From assembly GCA_002269645.1 (NCBI GenBank), contig NIVC01000272.1, positions 310,001-374,000 of the forward strand: a DNA stretch of 64,000 nt, written 5' to 3'. Position numbers and translations under genes: made by a program. The notes beneath the pieces are model-generated. The model saw nothing but the letters and a program-made list of their open reading frames with translations. It was not told where the DNA came from and did no database searches. Numbering within the stretch: the stretch's first letter is position 1; each line of letters starts with the position of its first letter. The stretch comes from Macrostomum lignano (lineage: Eukaryota). Positions 50,723-61,059 of this stretch are shown here, piece after piece.

Positions 50723-51046
50723 TCAGTTGTTATTTGGGGGTGCTTTGTTGGGGTTGCGCCAGACGAACATGCGGTGCGTCTGGAGCGTTGGCCATTCGTA
50801 GTCTGGGGCGGGGACGTAGTCGCCCCCAGGCCATTCTCTTCTGGGGAGTCTAATGACTCCCCCTTCGGGGTCCGATGTTCCAGCGGCCACTGAGCGTCCC
50901 CCATCAATAATTTCCGGAGTCGCCTGGGTTTGGGCGTCTGCCTTGTAACAGGGCCGCCCATGTATGTTGACGTCAGTAAAACGGGTGCCTGGTCGCCTCT
51001 GATAAGCATCGAGTGCTGTATAGGCACGCCACCCGTGGTCAGCCAT
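50723..51046 (-). CDS. Gypsy accessory ORF107, copy A2
   Basis: Intact 107 aa, ~75% identical to copy A1. Confidence 0.8.
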   Translation of the reverse strand: MADHGWRAYTALDAYQRRPGTRFTDVNIHGRPCYKADAQTQATPEIIDGGRSVAAGTSDPEGGVIRLPRREWPGGDYVPAPDYEWPTLQTHRMFVWRNPNKAPPNNN

Positions 51047-51333
51047 TGTGCTGGAATGATTTTTAACTGTATTGGTTCTTATTTGGCAATGTACATCCTT
51101 AGCTACAATGTACGCGGTTGGGTTTTACGGGCCTTCGCTGAGGTTGTTTACCGCTCTTGCCCCTACTGGGGGTTTTGGGGTCCGCGGACTGATCGATTTT
51201 TTATTAGGGGGGTTCCCTCCACTGGGACTGATATAAGTTTTAATTGAGAGGGAGTCCCCGGCGCTGGCGAGTGTTGGATATAGAATTTGACTGCTTATAC
51301 TGTCTACGCTTTTACGGGATTGACGTTGGCACT

Positions 51334-51573
51334 ATGTCGCAGCATGCTGTGGAGCAATTGTCTAGCTTACTCTCAAGGATGGATCGGCGCTTATTGGCCG
51401 TGGAGGAGCGCGTGAGGGAGCTATCCCATCAAGCTCTAGCGACGGATTCTGGGCTCCGAGCGCTCCGAGGTGTGCTGGGCGGAGTAGGCGGAGGCGGATT
51501 TCTCCTGCTCGTTGTCTGCGTTTTAATTGTGGCGTTTTGCTGCCGGTACCGCTATCGGCCCCTATCTGCTTAA
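51334..51573 (+). CDS. Antisense 79-aa coiled-coil/TM small protein, copy A2
   Basis: 4 aa differences from copy A1. Confidence 0.8.
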   Translation: MSQHAVEQLSSLLSRMDRRLLAVEERVRELSHQALATDSGLRALRGVLGGVGGGGFLLLVVCVLIVAFCCRYRYRPLSA

Positions 51574-52259
51574 TATGGGAACCTGCCAGTGAATTAAGTA
51601 ACTATTATGCGAAAGGATTGACGAAAACATTTTTTATTGTGGAAATATATAAGCATTTTTAGTATTTGTTCTATTTAACTTTTCTTTTTTAAAACTGCCG
51701 TATGCTACAGGTCTAAGCTATGATTTATTATGCGCAGAATCATGCGTGCGAACTAATGTTACTTTATACTACAAGCCATATGCGTGCTACTTTCTGGTGT
51801 TTCTGTCCATCTTTGATAGCACTACTACGTTATACTACTACTGTGTACGAATAATCAAAAATAAATTGTCAGGTGAAGCGTGAATTTGTCCGCTTAATTG
51901 TTAAATTTGGATTATTTGGTTGGGTTTTATGGGTGTTTTCTTACCTACTGATGACACTGCTTTGACGACCATTCATCTTGAATCTCCGGGTCTTGAAACA
52001 GCGGTCTGACGATCGTCTCCATTCGGGGGAAGTCTCCTCGCCGATATAGACATCGTCCAAATAGTCAAGCTGAGCGTCGTACATCTGTTGTGTGTGATAT
52101 AAGTCAGTGCTTTAATTATTTTAATCAGGTATGTATGGGTAATTAATAGTGAGTGTTTCTACTGTTAAGTGCAGCGCATACCAACTGAGTACATATACGA
52201 GTATAAAATGAATCTTTTTGGTCTTTGTACTCTCCCCCCCCTTCCCATGACATCAATTG

Positions 52260-54344
52260 TCACGGAAGGTGGGTCTTGCTCCTTAGGTTGTATTTCTTCC
52301 TGGCCGTGTCCGCCGGCGCTCCATCTTCTACTTGGATGCCGACATCCATCGAGAACTTCTGTTTCTGCTGTCTTTGCAGGCGGTTGGGATCACACGGCCG
52401 GAGGTCGGGGAGGAAGACTTGCGCTTCTGGTGAGGCCACCGGTTTCAGCCTGTCCACATGTACCTGGAAGGCTGTTTGCGGTGGTTCATCTGTCTTTTTT
52501 ATCAGCACCGAAGTGGCACTGTTACATTTAACCACCTCGTATGGTCCAGAAAATTTAGATTGATGTTTTGCTTGTCTCATTGGATTTTGGAGCATTATCC
52601 TGCTTCCTACTGTTATCGTGGTCGGAACTCTTCTGTTGTTTGCCCTTGTTGTGTTTTTCTTTTGAGCTTCTTGTAGGTGGTGACGGGCTATTTCTCTGGC
52701 TAGGGTTATAGCCTCTTGCATTCGTTCCGCGTATGCGGGTTCGTCTGCGTATCGTACGAATTGCAGTTGTGTTGTTAATTCTGTGGGCATTAGTGGCTTC
52801 CGGGCGAACACTAACTCGAATGGTGAGTATTTAGAGGACGCTTGTTTGGCTGTGTTTTAAGCGTGGATTATAGCTTGTAGGTATTGGTGCCAATTGTGAG
52901 GGTTCTCCGCCGTGTAATGTCGTAGCATATTGTGGAGAGTGGAGTGAAGGCGTTCCACATGGTTTGCTCGAGGGTTGTAAGGTGACGTTAGAATGTGCTG
53001 TATCCCTAGAATATTTAGGGCATCTGTGAGTAGTGTCGCCGTGAAATTGGTGATGTTATCCGTTGAGAGTTCTACGGGTATCCCGAAGGTACAGAACACT
53101 TGGAAGAGTGTTTCGGCCGTGGTTTCGGCTTTCAAGTCCGGTATTGGGAACGCTAAGGCAAACTTGGAGAAGCAGCACGAAACGGTTAAAAATGTGTTAC
53201 CGACTCGTTCCTTATCCTCGCCGGTGTCATAGGGCCGACCAGATCCACTGACAGTTTGTCCATCGGTTTTAGTGGTATCTCCGACATCTGAATGAGGCCT
53301 TGATGCATCCTGCCGGACTTGCTTTTGGCACAGTCCATACAGTTGTCGCAGAATGCTTGTATATCTCGGACCATGGAGATCCAGAAGTAATGTCGCCGGA
53401 TCCTCTCCAAGGTCTTCTTGACATCTAGATGTGCGGCCAAGGGTAGGGCGTGCAGTGAGTAGCAAATTGTGTCGCGATATTTAAATGGCAGTACTATCTG
53501 CTGCGTTTTTTCTGCCGTTCTGTGGATAATGCCCAGAATTTCAGCATGATCTGTTAGGTGCCGTTCAATATGGCGCTTCTATTTTGAGTCCAAATCTTCT
53601 CCGCCAGGTTGCTCGTTCCACATAGCTCTGATGTACTGGCAGAATGGATCCTCCTTCTGTGCGTCCTTCAGTGCCTGGAGGCATGGTATTGGATGCTTGA
53701 TTGTGTCGGTTTGGCAAATTTGCATTTCAGCAACCTGAGTTTCATTCCGTGCTTAGTGAGTGCTGATAGCGTGTCTTTTATCGTGTTGAGGTGGTCTTCA
53801 AAGGTCTCATTAAACACTAATAGGTCGTCCACGTAGGTGGAGACTCAATGTATGCCCTGTAAGATTATGCTGACTGCCCTTGATAGCGCCGCAGGCGAAG
53901 ATTGTAACCCCATGGGTGCTCTAGTGAACACATAGGTTTGTCCATCCGGGGTTTAGATGCCGCAGTATTTCTGGCTTTCCTCCTCTAGGGCTACTTGGAA
54001 GAATGCTTGGGCCATATCCAACGTGGTGAAGTACATGGAGCCTTTGAGCTTAGCTAGCAGGTCGGGGATTCTGGGCATGGACTGTCTTTCAGGCACTAGA
54101 ATATAATGAGGTCCCTAAAGTCGACGCAGAGACGGTAAACAGGGTTAGCATTGGGCGATTCTGCTTTCTTTTTTACCAGTAAGATTGGCGAGATGTATGG
54201 AGTTGCCGCTTTCTTTATTATCCCTTGGGCTTCCATCCTATCGATGGTTTTCTGTAGTTCTCCCATTAATTGGTATGGGATGGGATATCTTTTGTAAAGC
54301 TTTATCTCTATGTTGGGCTTGATGTGTAGCTCGTGTTTCGCCAC
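52260..54344 (-). pseudogene. Gypsy pol (RT and integrase) with stops, frameshifts and an RNase H deletion at ~53703
   Basis: Motifs as listed for copy A2; ends RKKYNLRSKTHLP, no chromodomain seen. Confidence 0.9.
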
Positions 54345-54349
54345 TTCTT

Positions 54350-56441
54350 TTTATTAGATTCGGATATTTAAAGTGACTTGACAGTTGATCACTTATCTTA
54401 AAGCTGCTTCTGTCTGCCCTTCTAATAGCTATCTAGGGGTTCCATTGTTCTTTTCTGCCTCGCCCTTCAATGCGCCTGGGCATTTCATAAATTTATAGCT
54501 ATCTTCTAACTTAGGGCAAAAGTTCAGATTTCTAACTCATATGATTGCCCCTTTTTTGAAATCCTTGTGCTAACAAGAATTTGGTTCCTCTAGGCGGTGA
54601 CTAAGGCGTGGTGCCAGTTCCTATTTCATCAAATATAAGCAGTTAAAAATCTGCAAAGGGTATACGCGCTGTCTCTGGGGCCTTTGAGTTTTTGTTCTCA
54701 CTTTCGTAAGATAGATGTCTTGCGGTCTAAGGTTTGTATAGCTCTAACTTCTTCAATCAGGCCGTCGGAGAAAACCGTATAAACTGACGGGATCTCCTAG
54801 TATCTAAGCTGAGTTTGACTCTTTCTAGGATTTGCTCTGCGCGACAATTAAGACAAATAACTGTATTAAAGACTTAGATTTGTGCCAACTGGATAATCCA
54901 GAGACTAATTCAAAGGGAGCAATTCGAGATCGAAAATGCGCAAGAAAAACGAAGCGCCGGTCCAGTTTGAGATGGGCGTCTATTTATACCAATTAGCATT
55001 TTTGGCCCCCCCGCCGCCGGTGATGTGTCTCGCGAGGTTAGCAACGGCGGGGAGTTTTAAGCAATAACAATCTGGGACTCAGTCCCCTAGTTGTACATGG
55101 ATTTAGTTAGTTCTAGTAGGTTGCTAAGTGTGAAGGTTGGAGATTATTCGGGGTTTCGCAAATCTATGTGTTGAGTTGGATAAAATCTAGGATAGAAAGG
55201 TTATATAAAACGAGCTTAATTTTCCGTCTCTTAACTCTGTCCATGGATGATTAAACAGCCCTCTCTCTCTCCCTCGGTTGTCAACTACTTCGGGTTGATC
55301 TCGCCTTCTTCGGCCTCTTCAGGTTGGATTGGAGTCCGTGGGTGGGCCGCACATTTTCCTCCCTCTGGGTGCGCCAGAAATCTGCTGCGTGCCGCGTGCT
55401 GCGTTGTTCCCTAAGTCGGGCTGCTACTTAATTTACTTCTCCGGCCGGTTTGAGTGCCGTTGTTCCTGCGGCGGGGTGTTGCTGCTCACTGGAATGGGAG
55501 GGGCTTAATTAGAATCGGTCCTTCTTATTTGTCTTGATTTATTGCCTTATTGCTGCTTCTGTTTGCCCTTCTAATAGCTATCTATGGGTACCATTGTGCT
55601 CTTCTGCCTCGCCCTTTGCTGCGCCTGGACTTTTCATAAATTTCTATCTATCTACTAACTTAAGGTAAAACTTCAGATTTCTAACTCTAATATAATTCCC
55701 CCTTTTTTTCGAAATCCTTGTGCGAACAAGGATTTGGGTTCTTTATGCTGGGACTAAATCGCGTTGCCGGTGCGTATTTCATCAAATATAAGAGGTTAGA
55801 AATCTGCAAAAGGTAGTGAACGTTGCATTAGGGGTAGAAGAGGATGTGCTAGATAAGTGGTTGTGTCAGAGGATGGGTATTCTTCGAGCAAAAGTTTCAA
55901 GCGTATAGTTTGTTTTGTATATGTTGCGCCGAGGCCATTTAGTACTATTGATATTAGTCCTTGACCGGGCGGTCGCCTATCTTCCATAGATATAGGCGGT
56001 AGCCCTGCGGTGAGGGCCGTGGCCTAATGGTGACGGCGGCCTCATACGGGCCCCCGTCTCATGGAGTCTTTCTTGGGGCCAGGATCACCCCCCAGTCGTT
56101 ATAGTCGGCGGCCGTTTGTTTAGCCATGGAGTGGCCGCCATCGATATCGTACTCGGCGACCTGTGTTTGTGCGTCTTTCTTGACGCACTTCCGAAGGTGG
56201 AGGTCTCCGTCCACAAAAGCCTGGCCAGGTCGCCGGGTGTAAGCCTTTTCTGGTGTGTAGGCGGCCATCTTCTTTGTGCGGAGTGTGTGCTGGAAAGAAA
56301 TAAGCGAGAGTATTCATTGATTATCGCGTCTGGGGGTTTGGCGTGTGTTCTCAGCTGCCCATCGTATTCCTTAGTGGGACTACTGTACATTGGTTCTATC
56401 CTCTGCGTACATGGGGTAGCGGGTGCGGCGGAACGTGCGGG
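54350..56441 (-). mobile_element. Gypsy lineage B pieces: ORF107 region, PPT, LTR (~54661-55690), second PPT and partial LTR (54350-54660)
   Basis: Homologous to 58880-60640; TATAAATA at 54981-54988. Confidence 0.8.
55954..56268 (-). pseudogene. ORF107 homolog B1 with one in-frame TGA (Trp to stop)
   Basis: Reads through as ...RKTP*DGGPYEAAVTIRPRPSPQGYRLYLWK. Confidence 0.8.
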
Positions 56442-57076
56442 TGAAGAGTTTGATCGGGTGGTGATCAGTCACCCGAAAACTTCCACTTTCAGACACTTAA
56501 GCCTGGGAAGCCTCAAAACCGTTTTTTATGAGTTCACGAAAGGAATTTTATTATTTGACAGGTGGGGTTTTTGAATAGAAAAGGGTGAGACTTGGGTTAC
56601 ATTCAGGTTAACATTTACCATATTTGGAAGTTCTAAAAATAGATGTCGAGAACCGGTTTTTTCGAACAATAGCATAGTCACTCGCTGTTTGCGTGATATG
56701 ACTGGTATTACTAAAAATAGAGTATGACACATAGCTATTTTTAAATTTGTGTTCATAATTTTATGTTACTACTTTTAGTAGGCTACTGTGTTTGGAGATC
56801 TCTACAGTATCTCCCTTTTTTACGAAAAATTCGTCTCGAATTTCAATCGAAATTAAGTAAAAGCGGACAGAGGTTTTCATTTATTGCAGTGGCAAGTAAG
56901 TATAGAACGTACAGAACAATGAAAAGTGGTGATGAGTATATAGTCGTAGATATAGTAGAGGTTAAGTAAGGTAGTGTACAGAACACGCAAGAGGCACTAA
57001 ACAAGAATAAGCAAGAGCAATAATTAGTGAAGTCAATACGTCGCAGAATAGAAGCAGTACATAACGAGTGCGGTAG

Positions 57077-57676
57077 TTAGGCAATGAAAATGTCGTCAAG
57101 AACGGATTTCAGCCGTATTATCAACGCCGCCAGAGGCCCAAACATGATCTGCAGTGGAGTATATGCAGTGGACTCGGTGCGGTTCAGGATGGCGAGGTAG
57201 GCCTCCATCTCGGTCGTAATTGTCGCATCTAGTAGTACGTCCCGGCCGATCCTGAGCATATCGTCCCGGGCCCTGGCTTGGGCCATCGTAACGGGCCATG
57301 ACTTGATGGCGCGCGCCAATTCCGGCGTAGTCAGTCGCGGGATAGAGTCAGCATCGAGCCATAGAGCAGGCTCATACGGGATCGTGGCCGTAATGGCAGT
57401 GGTGGTCGAAAGAAAATTCCAACCAAATTGAACACAGTAGCCGATAGCCCGACAAGCCAGACTGCGCAAGCAGCTGTTGCAGACCCAATGGCCGTCGGAG
57501 CACAACTTCACCTGCGGTAGCCGTCCACACAGGACACACCACACTCTGTCCCGTCGACATATGGAGCAATGTTGGAGTTCCTCCCTGGCGGCGCAGGTAC
57601 GGCAGGCCATATGGCCCCAGGCGCAGGTGGAGACCATGGCGTGGGCCGGATCAAGGCAAATAGGGCACTCAGACAT
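57077..57676 (-). CDS. Double RING-like zinc finger protein (199 aa), putative E3 ligase
   Basis: CPIC...CAWGHMACRTC...CSIC and CVLC...CSDGHWVCNSC. Confidence 0.8.
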   Translation of the reverse strand: MSECPICLDPAHAMVSTCAWGHMACRTCAAREELQHCSICRRDRVWCVLCGRLPQVKLCSDGHWVCNSCLRSLACRAIGYCVQFGWNFLSTTTAITATIPYEPALWLDADSIPRLTTPELARAIKSWPVTMAQARARDDMLRIGRDVLLDATITTEMEAYLAILNRTESTAYTPLQIMFGPLAALIIRLKSVLDDIFIA

Positions 57677-58015
57677 GATGATATAAATAGAGGCAAAAGC
57701 AAAACAATGGAAGATGGAACTCTTAGGAATTACAGAAAGATGTGTGAAGGCATAAATCGTAAGTGAATTTCGCGTGTATATATATATGGATACGTATCGC
57801 GTTTTAATTGGCTTGTAGTCACTAAGTTTTAATTGGTGAAAAATAGCGCATTCTCTTCTTGGGCCGGCCTGTGTTGGTCTCGAATATTGTTCGGGGTTGG
57901 CAGGTAGTAGGATGGTATGTTAGAAGAAGACGTAAGTGTAAGCATTTAAATTTTATGGAGCTATGTTCCTAGTATACTAAGGTTTTAATTGTGAGCGTCC
58001 GATTTGTTGTGTTAG

Positions 58016-58600
58016 TTAGAATATGTCGCGTGTCAGTTCTCGTGTTTTTTGTGTGGGGCGTGCCATGGGCCATATCAGATGTTGTATTGCCACGTATTCC
58101 GTGCATTCTGTCGCATAGAGGAAGTCAAGGTAGATTTCCTCGGTTGTGGTGTTGTCCGGGTGTATGACACAATGGCGCATTAGGTCGAACAAATACTCTC
58201 TGTGTTTCTGACGGTTGAACGGTATCGGCCATGTTTTTATTGTCAGTGCTAGCGCCCGTGCGGTCATGTGGTCCATAGCTTCTTTAGTTAGCTGTATCGT
58301 CGGCAGGTCGTCTCGTGTTTGGTCCCAGAATTCCGTCGTGATGGGTGTCGCACAAGTGATGCAATTTGGACTGTTGGTACGCCGGATATTGTTTGCACAT
58401 TCGCGGCACACCCAATGTTGATTGTGGCATAGTTTTATTTGAGGTGTCGTGGCACATACTTGGCACCGGGTGGCTGGCGCTCGACATAACGGGAATTTAT
58501 CGATCGCATCTGTCGTACAGCAGTGATAGCAAAATTGATGGCCGTTATGACAGTAAACGAATGGCTCGATGTCCTCTTCGCAGCAGACGATACATTCCAT
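58016..58600 (-). CDS. Double RING-like zinc finger protein (194 aa), putative E3 ligase
   Basis: CIVC...CHNGHQFCYHC and CQVC...CHNQHWVCREC...CITC. Confidence 0.8.
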   Translation of the reverse strand: MECIVCCEEDIEPFVYCHNGHQFCYHCCTTDAIDKFPLCRAPATRCQVCATTPQIKLCHNQHWVCRECANNIRRTNSPNCITCATPITTEFWDQTRDDLPTIQLTKEAMDHMTARALALTIKTWPIPFNRQKHREYLFDLMRHCVIHPDNTTTEEIYLDFLYATECTEYVAIQHLIWPMARPTQKTRELTRDIF

Positions 58601-60145
58601 AACTGCAATTTTAGGAGCATTATAATTATATCGCCTTATAAGATATAATTATAATTATATCTTCATCGTACATATCGCCCTGCCAATTTGTCAATTCACT
58701 GTGCTTTAATAACATAGTTAGATCCGCATGTCGCTTAATAAGTATGGGGAGTACAGCGCAATGAAATGGGAGGCATGGTAATTCGCATGTTGATAGGTAT
58801 CGTAAAAGACGTTGCTGACGACGTTTTAACGGGAAGAGTATTAATTGGTGTCTATTATGATGTGCGTACTATATGCGTCTTTCTCTGGGGCTATACGCGT
58901 CTTCCTCTGGGGCCTTTGAGTTCGTGTTCTCACTTTCCTAAGATAGATGTCTAGCGGTCTAAGGTTCTTACAGCTCTTAGTCTCTCCTATCAGGCCGTCA
59001 AAGGAGACCGTATAAACTGACGGGATCTCCTAGTATCTAATCTGAGTTGGAGTCTCTCTAAAATTTGCTCTATGTCACAGTTAAGGCAAATAATCGATTT
59101 GAGACTCGGATTTCTGCCAACTGGATAATCCAGAAACTAATTCAAATGGAGCAATTCAAGATCGAAAAACTGCGCAGGAAAAACGAAGCGCCGCTCCAGT
59201 TTGAGATGAGCGTCTATTTGTACCAATTAGCATTTTTGGCCTCCCCGCCGCCGGTGGGGTGTCTTCGCTTTGTTAGCAACGGCGGGGGGTTTTGAGCAAT
59301 AACAAACTGGGACTCGGTCCCCTAATTGTACATGAATTTAGTTAGTTCTAATAGGTTGCTAAGTGTGAAGGTTAGAGATTATTCGGGCTTTCGCAAATCT
59401 ATGTGTTGAGTTGTATAAAATTTGGGATAGAAAGATTATAGAAAAAGTGCTTAGTTTTCCGTCTCTAAACTCTGTCCATGAATGATTAAACAGTTCTCTG
59501 TTTCTCTCGGTTGTCAGGCAGCTTGGGGTTGATCTCGCCTTCTTGGGCAGCTTCGGGTTGGGTAGGAGTCTCTAAGTGGGCCTTACGTTTTCTCCCTCAG
59601 GGTGCGCCAGAAGATGCCGCGTGCCGCGTTGTTCTCTAAGTCAGGCCGCTGCTCAGTTTGCTTTTCCCGGCCGGTTTAGTCGCCATTGTGCCTGCGGCGG
59701 GGTGACGCTACTAACTGGAATGGAAATAGGCTTTATTAGATTCGGCTATTTACATTGACTTGACAGTTGATTAATTATCTTAAAGCTGCTTCTGTTTGCT
59801 CTTCTAATAGCTATCTAGGGGTTCCATTGTACTCTTCTGCCTCGCCCTTCACTGCGCCTGGGCTTTTCATAAATTTCTACCTATATTCTAACTTAGGGTC
59901 AAAACTTCAGATTTTTAACTCTTATATGATTCCCCTTTTTTCAAAATCCTTGTGCTAACAAGGATTTGATCAATCGACATCAGGGCTAAACGACATTGCA
60001 GGTACTTAAATTATCAAATATAAGACTTTAAAAATCTGTAGACGAGTCAAACGTCTCGGGACGTAGATAGTTAAAGGTGTAAAGAGGCGAAACCTGGGAA
60101 ATTAATTGAGGGAAAACAGTTCACAGTCGTATCTAGGAGCCGCAT

Positions 60146-60466
60146 TTAGTCATCTTCAAATTGAACGTTGCCGCTTCTGGCCCATAGATACTGACGATAT
60201 CCCTGCAGTGTGGGCCAGGGTCGAATGGTAATGGAGGCCTTGTAGTCGCCTCCCCTCCACGGTATCTCCGTGGGGGTCAACTCGCGTCCCCACTAGGCGT
60301 CGTTGTCAACGGTTTGGGTGGCCACTGAATGGCCCCCATCTATGTCACTCTCGGCGACCTGTGTTTGCGCATCCTTTTTGATGCACTTGTGGACGTGGAG
60401 ATTTACGTCCACAAAGGCTTCGCCGGGTCGCCGGGCATAAGCTTCTTTGGGTGAGTAAGTGGCCAT
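60146..60466 (-). pseudogene. ORF107 homolog B2 with one in-frame TAG
   Basis: MATYSPKEAYARRPGEAFVD...KKDAQTQVAESDIDGGHSVATQTVDNDA*WG...PWRGGDY...WPTLQGYRQYLW (manual translation; absent from the ORF track). Confidence 0.8.
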
Positions 60467-60795
60467 GGGAATGCTCTGAAATTAAGCAAGAGTGTGCTAT
60501 TGATTTTCCGTGTGGCGGTTTTAGCGTGTATCGTCCTTGGCCCAAAGCTTCGCTTAGCGGTTCGGCTGTACATTAGATCTATCCCCTGCGTACATGGGGT
60601 GGTGGGTGGGCGAGGCGCGCGGGGTGAGGTTTTAAAATCTGAAGTTGGGGTCCCGCTCGCTCCTAACGAAAGAGGGGGCTCTTTCTTTCCGCGGCTGGTG
60701 ATGGTTCCTTTTCTATTTAAACTCCGGCGCAAGGGAGTGGGGCCCTCCGGTGAACTATTCAATCGATTCTTGTCCCGCGACTATACTGCTCAATA

Positions 60796-61059
60796 ATGTC
60801 TGAATTCACGGTAAGGCGCTTGATGCGTCTAGTTAACGATCTAAAGGAGCGGTTCCGGGCCGTGGAGGGCCGCTCTGTGAGCCTGGAACACCGCCTCCTT
60901 CATCTCGAAGCTCGAGTGGCTGCTCAGGGTGGCGGTTTGGATACTCTTCGCAGCTGGCTGGGCGGAGTTGGGGGCAGCGGCCTTCTACTGTTTCTGGTGC
61001 TGGTATTAGTGCTGTTCTGCTATCTGCGTCGCCAACGCTACCAGGGCCTACCTGCCTAG
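60796..61059 (+). CDS. Antisense 87-aa coiled-coil/TM small protein, lineage B
   Basis: Shares LGGVGGSG-TM-FC-basic tail and position with the lineage A copies. Confidence 0.8.
   Translation: MSEFTVRRLMRLVNDLKERFRAVEGRSVSLEHRLLHLEARVAAQGGGLDTLRSWLGGVGGSGLLLFLVLVLVLFCYLRRQRYQGLPA

Larger units (their letters stand above)
49735..54350 (-). mobile_element. Ty3/gypsy lineage A, copy 2: RT, integrase (RNase H deleted), 3' accessory region, PPT, LTR (49735-50565)
   Basis: RLCVDFR, LDMAQAF, PMGL, YVDD; HHCC zinc finger; DLVGP...TDN...YNPRANHVERLH integrase core. Confidence 0.92.
56442..58870 (-). mobile_element. Lineage C, copy 2: two RING genes, PPT, internally deleted LTR (56442-56806)
   Basis: Both LTR termini match copy 1; hairpin and PPT at 56810-56845. 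Confidence 0.8.

Noticed and set aside
43500-54360. Pol deletions as products of RNA splicing
   Set aside because: Where the parental sequence is visible, the junctions lack GT-AG on either strand
42133-59967. Eight hairpin motifs read as a CRISPR/integron-like repeat-cassette array
   Set aside because: Each is a PPT-adjacent end of an LTR element; spacing is irregular and explained by nesting and deletion
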